Shown one piece after another: positions 1-10,254 of a stretch of 63,988 bases of DNA. Under the pieces are notes generated by a model. That model saw only the letters and a program-made list of their open reading frames with translations. It had not been told where the DNA came from and did not search any database. The stretch lies in the NCBI GenBank assembly GCA_000388065.2, contig KB932213.1, one strand, 5' to 3'. This DNA comes from Fonticula alba ATCC 38817 (taxonomy: Eukaryota > Protista > Nucleariida). The first letter of the stretch is position 1. Each line of letters starts with the position of its first letter. Made by a program: the position numbers and the translations under genes.

Positions 1-21
1 GAGACATGTGTGGGGACGCAC

Positions 22-308
22 GCGGCCGAGGACTGCTGGGAGTGCTGGACCTCCTGGGCCGGAGGCTGCTGGGCCTGCTGCTGGGCAGCCGGGGGGGTAG
101 AAACATTGGTGGCCGGGGGGGTGGTGGTCTCGGCCGCCTCGGCGGGCTCCTCGGGCTTGGAGCTGAAGATGCCCTTGAAAAAGTCGCTGCGCGTGGGGGA
201 GAACCGGGAAGGCGGGGGGGAGGGCGGTCAGCCGGGGGAAGGAATGAGAAAGAGTGGCCAAGCTAGCAGAGGCAGGGACGGGGGCCGGGGCGGGGGTGCG
301 TACAACAT
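22..308 (-). CDS. 5' part of an unknown gene that continues off the left edge (MFDFFKGIFSSKPEEPAEAAETTTPPATNVSTPPAAQQQAQQPP...)
   Basis: ATG at 308; 5-nt exon 308-304, GTACGC donor, CAG acceptor at 189-187, exon 186-22, then a GTGCGT donor. The frame is continuous and codon use is GC3-rich. No domain is visible in this fragment. Confidence 0.55.
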
Positions 309-1451
309 GGGGGCGGAGGGAGAAAGAGGGGGGGGGGAATGAAAGGGGCAAAGGAGGATGGGGCAGGGGGGGGAGGGCGGGCTTGTGTGGATGCCGCGCG
401 CGCGCAGGGCCTGACCGCCGACCAGGGTCGCCCATCAAGCCGCCCCCGCCGAGCTCGACAGGAATCGAGATCCCTGCCGGACCAGCCTCCGGGCGGACCC
501 CCGGTCCGGGGGACGATGGTCCTGGCCCCGCCCGCCCCGCCCCCCCTGGGGGCCGCCGGGCGTGCGAGGTTGCCTTGGCTGACCGAGCGCGCCAGCGCGC
601 CAGCTCACACCTGATCGGGCCTCCTCTCGGAAGACGGGGCCTCCCCTCCCCCCCTGCCCAGCAAAATCCCCAACATATTTAATCCCCCCAAGATACGGCC
701 TTCCACAAACAATACACGGTCCCAGATGAGACACCGGCGGGAAGGGCCCTCGCCTGCCTCGGCGCCCCCTGTTGCCGCTTTCTTCGGGGGGGGCGCCCAG
801 GCCGGACCCGGGTTTCTTTCGTGGGCCTCTCCCCCGCGCGCGCGCGCCCCGGGAAGGGAAAACGCCGAGTCAGAGCCGCGCCAGGTCACGCCGGGGCGCA
901 TCCACCAGCTGACCCGGAGCCCACATGACCTGGGCCTTAGACCGCTGGCGTTGGACACATCGCGCGCTGGGGCTTCGCTCCTCCGCCGTGTTCCGCGGGG
1001 AGAGGGGACGACGGGGAGCAGCTATCTCCCCAGCTAGCGGGATCTGACCCGGCCCCCCCCCCAGGAAGACCCCCCCCACAAGCCGGTGGGGAGGGCAAAG
1101 AGCCCGTGCGCCGCGCGACCGGAGGCCCCGGCGGCCCGCCGGAGCACTCACCCACCCACCCANNNNNNNNNNNNNNNNNNNNNNNNNNNNNNNNNNNNNN
1201 NNNNNNNNNNNNNNNNNNNNNNNNNNNNNNNNNNNNNNNNNNNNNNNNNNNNNNNNNNNNNNNNNNNNNNNNNNNNNNNNNNNNNNNNNNNNNNNNNNNN
1301 NNNNNNNNNNNNNNNNNNNNNNNNNNNNNNNNNNNNNNNNNNNNNNNNNNNNNNNNNNNNNNNCCCCCCCCTCCTCCGCCAGCCCCCTCCCCCGTGCCTG
1401 GCCGCCCGTCTCTTCCTCTCCTTCCCTCCGGCCGCTGCTCCCGCCTGACCA

Positions 1452-2220
1452 ATGCTCCGCTCGGTGTCCGCCTTCTCGACTGCCCGCTCGGCCGCACGCG
1501 CGGTCTTCGCCGCGCCGCGTGCCGCGACCGCCGTGCGCGCCTTCAGCGCCTCCACTCCCCCGGCCTCGGAGGAGGGCGTGCGCGACTCGCCGGTCTGGCA
1601 GCTGGGCAAGATCAACCACATCGCCATCGCCGTGCCCAACCTCAAGGACACCTCCTTTTTCTACCGCGACATCCTGCGCGCGTCGCATGTCAGCGAGGAG
1701 CAGGTATGTGTGTCTGCCCGGGGCCCCACATGCCCGGCGGTGTGGCCATCCTTCATGGGCTTCGGCCTGGCGCCGGGTCCGTGACGTTCCGGTGCTTGTC
1801 TCTGACCCCCTTTGCGCCTGTCCTGCCCCGCTTCGTCCCCCCTCGTCCCTACCCCTGTGCCCCCAAAACACACACACACACACACACACACACGGGCAGA
1901 ACCTCCCCGAGCATGGCGTCACCACGGTTTTCATCCACCCCGGCCAGGACAAGTCCCAGACTCTGATCGAGCTGCTGCACCCGTACCCGGCCGACTCGAC
2001 CACCTCCCCGATCAGCAGCTTCCTGGCGCGCAACCCCCAGGGTGGCATCCACCATGTGTGCCTCGAGGTGAATGACATCCAGGCGGCCTGCGCCTCGCTC
2101 CGCGAGAAGGGCATCCGCCTGCTGTACGACGCCCCGAAGATCGGTGCCCACGGCAAGCCGGTCATGTTCATCCACCCGAAGGACTGCAATGGCGTGCTGG
2201 TCGAGCTGGAGCAGGAGTAA
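1452..2220 (+). CDS. MCEE: Methylmalonyl-CoA epimerase, mitochondrial (glyoxalase/VOC family)
   Basis: Exons 1452-1703 and 1900-2220. Motifs LGKINHIAIAVP, LPEHGVTTVF, ELLHP, GGIHHVCLEV and KIGAHGKPVMFIHPKDCNGVLVELEQ are MCEE hallmarks. The N-terminus is Arg/Ala/Ser-rich, like a mitochondrial presequence. Confidence 0.96.
1868..1893 (+). repeat. (AC)13 microsatellite just upstream of the MCEE intron acceptor
   Basis: Read directly: (ac)13 followed by gggcag|aac. Confidence 0.95.
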
Positions 2221-2823
2221 CCCCCCCCCCCCCCCCTCCCTGCTGCTGCCGTGGACGGGGCACGGCCCTCCCTCTCCCGGGGGATGGGGACTCGGTGCAG
2301 GAGCCCCGCTCCCCGTGCCGTGTGCTCGGCACGGCGTCCTCCCTCTGGGGGCGGGCCTCCTTCCCCTGGTTGAGGCGTTTCCCTGGGGCTGGGTTTCCCC
2401 TGCCCGCCCCCTGTTCCGGGCCCTTGGCTTGGGGCAACCGAAATACAGTGCTCCTTCTCCTTGTGGTGTTCCTCGGCTCGTGTCTTTTGGCTCTTCTTCC
2501 GTGCCCTCCCCGGATGGTCCTCCGCCCGAGCGGGCGTTTTGTCACTCCCACGGGCTACTCCTTTGCCTCGCTGCCGCTCTGTCTCCCGGCCCCGCCCCCN
2601 NNNNNNNNNNNNNNNNNNNNNNNNNNNNNNNNNNNNNNNNNNNNNNNNNNNNNNNNNNNNNNNNNNNNNNNNNNNNNNNNNNNNNNNNNNNNNNNNNNNN
2701 NNNNNNNNNNNNNNNNNNNNNNNNNNNNNNNNNNNNNNNNNNNNNNNCCGGTCCATTCCTCCGCCAGCTGCTCTTTCCCATGGCGCGCTACATGTATCAT
2801 TGCTGCATGGTCCAATGCCCAGG

Positions 2824-4713
2824 TCAGGGAAGACAAGTGGCAAACTTCCACAGGGAGGCCAGTTGAGAGGCCAGTGTCCGGCGCCTGGGGCGCAGGAGCA
2901 CATCCAGTCGAAGGGAGAAGTGCTCGACGGAGGATGCATACATGGCGGCGGCCAGAGGACCGGCCAGGAGCGGGGCATGCATGCGGAAGAGGCGCTCCTG
3001 GTGGGCCTGCCCCTCCGGGCACAGGAGCCTGTCGGCGGTGTCGGGCACGTCGTCAGCCGGGGTCGGGAGATCCACCCGGACCGGGAGGCGGGCCGCCTGG
3101 CCGCGCACGGCGCCGGCCTCGTCCTCGAACAGCAGCCGCTTGGCCAGGTCCATCGGCACGCCGGGCGGCCGCGCGAGGGCATCCCCGACGAAGTCCTCAA
3201 CGCGTCCCGCCAGCCGGCCCAGCTCACGAGCATGCTGCTGGAGATCGCACAGCACGGCGTCAACCCGGCCCATCAGATCCGGCTGGCCGACCGAGCGCCG
3301 GATGGTGTGAGCGCGTGTGGTTGTCTGCAGGAGGAACTCGCCCTCCTGGGCCAGAAGAGCTTGCAGGTGCTCGGCCTCGGCAACCCCCGCCGGAGGAGCA
3401 TCCTCACGACCAAGACACCGGATCTCCAGGGCCAGGCGCCCGATCAGGTGGTCGAAGCGTTGCACCCGTCGGTCGGCGCATACGTCCTCCACCGGCATGG
3501 CCAAGTCCGGGTCCTCGCCCGGGGCCCGGGCGGCCCACATGCGAGCCAGGGCGCTCTTGGAAGTGCGCTTGAATGCAATGAACAGGGTCTCCACGCGTCC
3601 AATGGCGGCGGTCAAGTCCGGCAGGGGGTTGGCCACGGCCACGCGCGCCGGCGAGCCACACCTCGGGAACCAACGATCCATGCTGAGGCGAAGGGCCGGC
3701 GGCGGCTGGCCATCCGGTGAGGCCACCGGCTCCGGGTCCGGCGAAGGGACCGGCAGCAGGCGGCGCTGGGCGTCCAGGAGAAGCAGCAGCGCATTGTAGG
3801 TCATGAGCGCCTCGCGCATGGAGGCCAGGTCGCGCCAGAGGTGGTTGATGGCGTCATTCCAGCAGGGGGCGACAGGGGGCCCGGGGGCTGGGGCATTTGC
3901 GCCGAGGGCGGACTCCTCGCGTTCGGCGCTCTGCTGGGCCACCAGCCAGGATGCCATGGGCTCATAGATGTCCTGGCTGGCCGGGGGAAGCCTGCTAGGG
4001 AGGAGGGTTCCCGCTGGCAGCACACTAAACCCGCACTCCAGGGAGAACCGCCGAAAGAGGCCGACACTGTGGGCCAGCCGCCGCAGGAAGGGGGGCACCC
4101 GGCGCAGGGAAGCCACCTGGCCCTCGAGAGCCATGTATGTGGGGCAGTTCCAGGGGTTGCACCGGGCCGGGACCTCGTGCCAAAAGGACCGGTGGAGGGT
4201 GGCTTCCTTGTCTTGGAGGAGTGTGGCCCAGAAGTGGGCCTCCTCGGTCAGGTGGGAGCCCAACTGGACCAGAGCCAGGTACGACCCGCCCAGGGAGGGG
4301 TTACTCAAGTGGACCAGCAGGCCCTCCAGGAGCACCAGCTGCCGGGTGTGGTGCTGGGCCAGCGGGTGGATGTCCTCCGGGTGGGGGGCCATCTCGCCGG
4401 CGTCCGGCGAGCCGGTCATGCGCAGCTGCTGCAGGAAGTTGGCCTGCATCAGGACCATGGATGCCACCACCAGCAGCAGCCCCTGCCGGAAGGAGGCGGC
4501 CAGCACCTGGAGGGTGTCCAGCTGCGCGGGGAGTGCCACCTTCTTTGGCGGCCGGACTTCCAGCCAGAGGGAGGCCTTCCAGCCGGGCATGCCGCCGGCG
4601 ACCTCGCGAATCTGCGTCTTCAGGGCGAGGATCTGCAGCAGGGCATCGGGCAGGAGCCGCAGCAGGTCCATGTAGGTGAGGGTGTTGTCGAGCCACGATT
4701 GGAAGAAGTTCAT
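2824..4713 (-). CDS. Hypothetical protein, ~629 aa, apparently intronless, Leu-rich and probably helical
   Basis: Long ORF with GC3-biased codons and protein-like composition, unlike the Arg/Pro/Gly shadow frames. It lies between MCEE and SEL1L. No family recognised. Confidence 0.7.
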   Translation of the reverse strand: MNFFQSWLDNTLTYMDLLRLLPDALLQILALKTQIREVAGGMPGWKASLWLEVRPPKKVALPAQLDTLQVLAASFRQGLLLVVASMVLMQANFLQQLRMTGSPDAGEMAPHPEDIHPLAQHHTRQLVLLEGLLVHLSNPSLGGSYLALVQLGSHLTEEAHFWATLLQDKEATLHRSFWHEVPARCNPWNCPTYMALEGQVASLRRVPPFLRRLAHSVGLFRRFSLECGFSVLPAGTLLPSRLPPASQDIYEPMASWLVAQQSAEREESALGANAPAPGPPVAPCWNDAINHLWRDLASMREALMTYNALLLLLDAQRRLLPVPSPDPEPVASPDGQPPPALRLSMDRWFPRCGSPARVAVANPLPDLTAAIGRVETLFIAFKRTSKSALARMWAARAPGEDPDLAMPVEDVCADRRVQRFDHLIGRLALEIRCLGREDAPPAGVAEAEHLQALLAQEGEFLLQTTTRAHTIRRSVGQPDLMGRVDAVLCDLQQHARELGRLAGRVEDFVGDALARPPGVPMDLAKRLLFEDEAGAVRGQAARLPVRVDLPTPADDVPDTADRLLCPEGQAHQERLFRMHAPLLAGPLAAAMYASSVEHFSLRLDVLLRPRRRTLASQLASLWKFATCLP

Positions 4714-5331
4714 CTCGGCGTGTGCGCGCTGGGCGGCCGGTGTGAGCGCGCCCGGGACGCTGGAATTGCTGCCAGGGGCGCGGCCCGGCGCGGCGGGTCA
4801 AGCAGGGGAATGCACGAGGGCGCGGNNNNNNNNNNNNNNNNNNNNNNNNNNNNNNNNNNNNNNNNNNNNNNNNNNNNNNNNNNNNNNNNNNNNNNNNNNN
4901 NNNNNNNNNNNNNNNNNNNNNNNNNNNNNNNNNNNNNNNNNNNNNNNNNNNNNNNNNNNNNNNNNNNNNNNNNNNNNNNNNNNNNNNNNNNNNNNNNNNN
5001 NNNNNNNNNNNNNNNNNNNNNNNNNNNNNNNNNNNNNNNNNNNNNNNNNNNNNNNNNNNNNNNNNNNNNNNNNNNNNNNNNNNNNNNNNNNNNNNNNNNN
5101 NNNNNNNNNNNNNNNNNNNNNNNNNNNNNNNNNNNNNNNNNNNNNNNNNNNNNNNNNNNNNNNNNNNNNNNNNNNNNNNNNNNNNNNNNNNNNNNNNNNN
5201 NNNNNNNNNNNNNNNNNNNNNNNNNNNNNNNNNNNNNNNNNNNNNNNNNNNNNNNNNNNNNNNNNNNNNNNNNNNNNNNNNNNNNNTCCTTCGGTGCCTG
5301 CGCTGCCTGTCTGTCTTGCGTCCCCTCAACC

Positions 5332-6725
5332 ATGCCTGGCTCTCCTGGCGGCGCGGTGACCCGTCCCCCGGGCAGGCGTCCCCTCCGAGCCGGTCGACCT
5401 GCGGCGCTGGCGGCATTGCTGGCCACGCTCCTGGCCCTGTTGGCGGCCACGGTGGTCGCCGTGGCAGGCGGCAGCCCATCAAAACACTCGCCCCGCGCCG
5501 AGGCCCCGCGCCCGGACCGCGTGGCGGAGCTGGTGTTCGGCTCGCGCACGGCCCTGCCCAACCATGCCAAGGCCCGGCACCTGCTGCAGACGGCCCTGGA
5601 CCGGGACTTTTATGACGGCCTGCCTGGGCGGGCGTCGGCCGATGGGGCTGCCGACGCGGGTGACGACGGGTCCGCCCAAGCGGGCCTCACCTCGGCCCTG
5701 GACTCGGCGGCCTACGGCGGGCTGCTGTCATACATGGACTCGCTTGGGCTCGGCGATGAGATGTCCCGCCGGGACCATGCGTCGGTGCGTCGTCTTGCCC
5801 GGCGCCGCCTTTGGCGCGTATGCGCACGCTTGGCCATGCCCGTTCAGCGGGTCCTGCTGTGTCCCGTGCGCCGCCTGGGCAGCCCCCTCTAACTGCCCCC
5901 CCCCTCCTCCTCCTTCTCTTTGGCCTTGTGCGTGTTTACCTGTGTTTATCCGCGCGCGCGCGCGCGTGCCCCCGGTGGGTGCCGCCGCCCGTAGGCGATC
6001 ATCCGCGAGACGCTGATCGCCGGCTCGGTGCCGGCCTTTCCGGTGTTTGACAGCCCGGCCCCGGTGGGCGATCGGGCTCAGGCCGAGCCGTCCGGTGATG
6101 CGCACATGCTGGCCATCGGCGCGGCCCTGTCCCTGGCGAACCGGTACACCCGCGGCATCGGGGTCAAGGCCAGCTGCTCCCGGGCGGCGGAGTTCTATCG
6201 ACGCGTCGCGTCGGACGGTGCGTTGCCCGGCGGCTGTCCCGGCCGGTGTGTGCCCTGCTGCCTGTCCCGGGTCCTTGCTCACTCGCCTGCTCCTTCGCCA
6301 TGGCCGGGGTGTGGTTGTCGTAGCGGTGCAAAATTACCGGCCCCTGACGGCTCGCCCGCCGCCGCTGGCGTCGCTGCTGCTGGCGTCGCTGGCCACGCCC
6401 GGCGGCCTGGCCGCGCACGGGGCCAACTCCGCCAGCGGCTACTACACCACCATGGCCCTGAGCCCGGGAAGTGATCTCTTCAAGTACTATGTGCACCTGG
6501 CCGATGGGGGCGAGCGCTCGGCGCAGATGATCATCGCTCGGGCCCTGCGCGGCTCGCCCGCGCACCGGGCCGCCGCCGACGAGTATCTGGAGCGGTGCGT
6601 CGCCGCCCGGTGCATGTGCCTGCCGGGTGTCCCCTCTTCCCCTCTTCCCCTCCTGCCCGCCTCCCTTCCTCGCTCTTTCCTTCGCCCGGCCCCCGGTGAC
6701 TGACCTTCCGGCTGGCCGGGCCATG

Positions 6726-6768
<43 letters not shown>

Positions 6769-9441
6769 GCATGGCGGCCCGCACGTCGTCCGTGACACGC
6801 AGTGCCGCCCGCCGGGGCAGCATCCAGGCCATCTGCGAATTGGGCAACGTCCTGCTGGATGACCCGCCGGCGGTGGTGGACCCCGGGGTGGCCGACCCGG
6901 CGGCCATCCACCGGGCCAATCTCCTGCGCGCGCGGGACCTCTTCCACAAGGGCGCCCGCATGGCCGGCATGGAGGCCACCCTCGGCACCCCGGTGGACTT
7001 GAGCAACCCCCATGCCGGGGCCGGGCCGGGGCCCGGCGAGGCCGAGGCCGAGGACTCCGGCGACCCGGCGGCCGCGGCCGCGTCCCGCCACGCGCGCCAT
7101 GTCGAGTCGGCCACCTGCCACACCGGGCTCGGCCGGCTGCAGCTGGATGAGCTGCTGCGCACCGAGGCCGCGCACTTCGACACCGACGCCTACTCCCAAT
7201 CGCTGGGCACCGTGCTGAATCACCTGCTCCGGGGCGCGGGGCTCGGCGATTCGGACGGGGCGTACTGGGCCGCGCGGGTGCTGTCCGGGGAATTCGGCGG
7301 CCACTTCGACCTGACCTCGACGCACGACGTGCGCGTGCGCATGCTGGTCATGGCCGTCGAGCGCGGCCACCTGGGCGCGGAGTTTGAATTCGCCAACTTC
7401 ATCTTCTCCGAGTCTGCCAGCCTCAGGTCCGTGCCGGGGTTGGTTGGGGTTTTTCTTTTTTTTTTTATTCGCCAAGCCTCCTCCCTATGTCTCGTGCCTG
7501 GCATGGGTGGCGTTGCCTGTGCTCACACCGCCTCCCTCGCTCCTCCCCTGTGGTGACTCACCTTGCGACTCCGCCTCGCCGTCGCGCACATGCCCGCACG
7601 CACGCAGTGACAGTGCCTGCCGCCTGGCCCTGTCGCATTATAAGCACGTGGCCGAGCATCACCCCCGCGTGTTGGCCCTGCGTCATGCTGTGCAGGAGGA
7701 CGCGGTGGAATTGGCGGCCGGGCGCGGGGTGGCCGGCCTGGGCCGGGCCCTTCGCACGGCATTGGCCCGGCGCCAGCGGCCGGCGGCTGGCCCCCCGGCC
7801 GGGCTGCTCCCCGGCGACCCGGCCCCCTCGGCCGAGGCGCTGCTGGAGTCCTTTGTCCTGGAGCGGCTGCTCTACCTGGGCCACTTGGGCCTGGCCGGGG
7901 CCCAGCTGGATGCCGGGTGGTTCTTGGAGCAGGGGCTCGCCGGGGCGGGGGCCCGGGCGACAGCCGCCCCCCCGGGCGGCATGGCCCTGGTCGCCGGTCC
8001 GGGCCCGGCGTACTATCCCCCGGGCGGGGTGGGCCGGTGGTCGGCGCCGGCGCGCGCGCGCCTGGCCCTGTTGCAGTATGTGCGCGCGGCGGCCCAGGGC
8101 AGCGTCCGGGGGCTGGTCCGAGCCGGGGACATGTATGCCTCGGGCAGCCTGGCGCCGTTGCTGCTGCTGGGCGAGCCCCCTGCGGAGGGGGCCTCCCTGG
8201 GGGCCTTCGGCCGAGCGGCCCGGGCCTACCTGGCCACCGCCCTGCCGGAGATGGTGGCCGCCGGGGCCCGGCCGGACTTGGCTTCACATCGGCTGTTCCT
8301 CTTTTCGCGGGAGGCCGTGACCGGCACCCACGCGGCCGGGCTGCCCTCGGTGCTGCAGGGCAACCGGCCTGCCGGCAGCGGGGATGGGCCGCATGCGGCC
8401 GGGGCCCCGGGCTCCGGGGCCGGCCCCGAGCCCCTGAGCCCCCCGATCGAGGGGTCCCACGCGTCGCTGTCCTCTGCCCAGCGCCTGGCCCTGGTGCTGC
8501 GGGCGCTCTTTCCCCGGCTGCCGGGCCCGGGGGCGCGGCTGCCCCGCCAGGTGCTGCCCCTGCGGCCGGAGGACCTGGACACGGCCTGGTGGCTGGCGGA
8601 GGGGGCCGCCTCGGAGGGGTGGCCGCCGGCCCCGAGCCTCGGCCTGGCGGCCAATGCCACGGCCCTGGCGGCCGATCCGTGGGTCGACCGGGTGGCCGGC
8701 GCGGCGGGCCTCGATGACTGGACCGGCGGCGGCGGGGCGGCCGAGGCCTTCGGCGGGCTGGAGCTGCATGGCATCGGGCCGCCGCATGCGCCCGAAACCC
8801 GGGACGACGCGGACGCCGCCGTGGCCGAGGCATACTTCGCGCTCGGGTGGCTGCACGCCACCGGGGCCGGGTCGTGCGGGGCCCTGTCGCGGGCGCCGCT
8901 CTGGCGCCGTGGCCTCGACCGGGCCCGGCTCCTGTGGGCGCGCCGGGGTGCCCCGGCTGCCGGGGCCGGCCCCGGCCCGGCGGCCGATCCCGCCGCGGCC
9001 GGCTGCGTGCCGTACGACTTCTATCGGGCCAAGCACTACTTCGACCTGGCGGCGGCCCGGTCGCCGGATGCGCGTCTGGCCGTGGGCCTGGCCCTCCTCG
9101 GGTCCTGGCTGAGCCACTGTGCCGAGGTGCGCCCTCGCCATGCCATGGCGCTGCCCGTGCCCGGGGCCACTCGCGCGCGCGCGCGCGCGTGTTGTCTCCC
9201 TCGCTCGCTCGCTCGCTCGCTCCTTCTCGTTCTGACCTCCTCCCCCGCGTCCCGGCCCCTTTGGCGGCAGACCCTGGCCTTCTTCTACTCCTACTATGTG
9301 GTCGGCTCGTCCATCGACCTGGAGCTGGCTCTCCTCGGCAGTGTGGGCGCCCTGCTGGTGGCCCTGGCGGTGGCCCGGTCGAGCGCCGCCGCTCGCCAGC
9401 GCCAGCAGCTGCAGGTGCCCCCGGGGCTGGGCCAGCAGTGA
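5332..9441 (+). CDS. SEL1L: SEL1L/Hrd3-like ERAD component (signal/TM segment, Sel1-like repeats, C-terminal TM helix)
   Basis: Predicted exons 5332-5784, 5995-6217, 6324-6594, 6803-7426, 7608-9126, 9271-9441. Sel1 repeats include LANRYTRGIGVKASCSRAAEFYRRVA, ALLQYVRAAAQGSVRGLVRAGDMY and AEAYFALGWLHATG. YDFYRAKHYFDLAAARSPDA resembles SEL1L DIHLAKRFYDMAAEASPDA. There is an N-terminal hydrophobic segment and a C-terminal TM helix (LELALLGSVGALLVALAVA). Confidence 0.85.
6728..6766 (+). repeat. (CTG)13 trinucleotide repeat in SEL1L intron 3
   Basis: Read directly; lies between the donor at 6595 and the acceptor at 6802. Confidence 0.9.
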
Positions 9442-10254
9442 AGCGCGGGCTGGGCGCCTCGCCCCGCCCCACAGCTGCCAATGGACACGCCACATACCAA
9501 CCTTTTGCTTGTTGTTCTTGCCGCGCCAGCGGGGGNNNNNNNNNNNNNNNNNNNNNNNNNNNNNNNNNNNNNNNNNNNNNNNNNNNNNNNNNNNNNNNNN
9601 NNNNNNNNNNNNNNNNNNNNNNNNNNNNNNNNNNNNNNNNNNNNNNNNNNNNNNNNNNNNNNNNNNNNNNNNNNNNNNNNNNNNNNNNNNNNNNNNNNNN
9701 NNNNNNNNNNNNNNNNNNNNNNNNNNNNNNNNNNNNNNNNNNNNNNNNNNNNNNNNNNNNNNNNNNNNNNNNNNNNNNNNNNNNNNNNNNNNNNNNNNNN
9801 NNNNNNNNNNNNNNNNNNNNNNNNNNNNNNNNNNNNNNNNNNNNNNNNNNNNNNNNNNNNNNNNNNNNNNNNNNNNNNNNNNNNNNNNNNNNNNNNNNNN
9901 NNNNNNNNNNNNNNNNNNNNNNNNNNNNNNNNNNNNNNNNNNNNNNNNNNNNNNNNNNNNNNNNNNNNNNNNNNNNNNNNNNNNNNNNNNNNNNNNNNNN
10001 NNNNNNNNNNNNNNNNNNNNNNNNNNNNNNNNNGGCCCGGGGGCCGGCGCCGCGCCGGGATCCCGCCACAGTTCTCCCCCCTCCCCCCTCCTCTTCCCGT
10101 CGCGCCAGCCACACAGCCTCCTGCCCGCATCTTGCCCCGCCGCGCCTCGCCCTGCGCTTGCTCCCTCTCCCCTCCTCCGTGTTTGCTCCGCCCCTCTGAT
10201 CCTGGCGACCGGGCCGACGCCCGCCGGGCCCCGCACGCGCGCACGCCCGCCGCC

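Noticed and set aside
6724-6770. Poly-Cys/poly-Gln ORFs from the (CTG)13 repeat
   Set aside because: The repeat lies inside SEL1L intron 3; splicing at 6595/6802 restores the Sel1 repeat frame.
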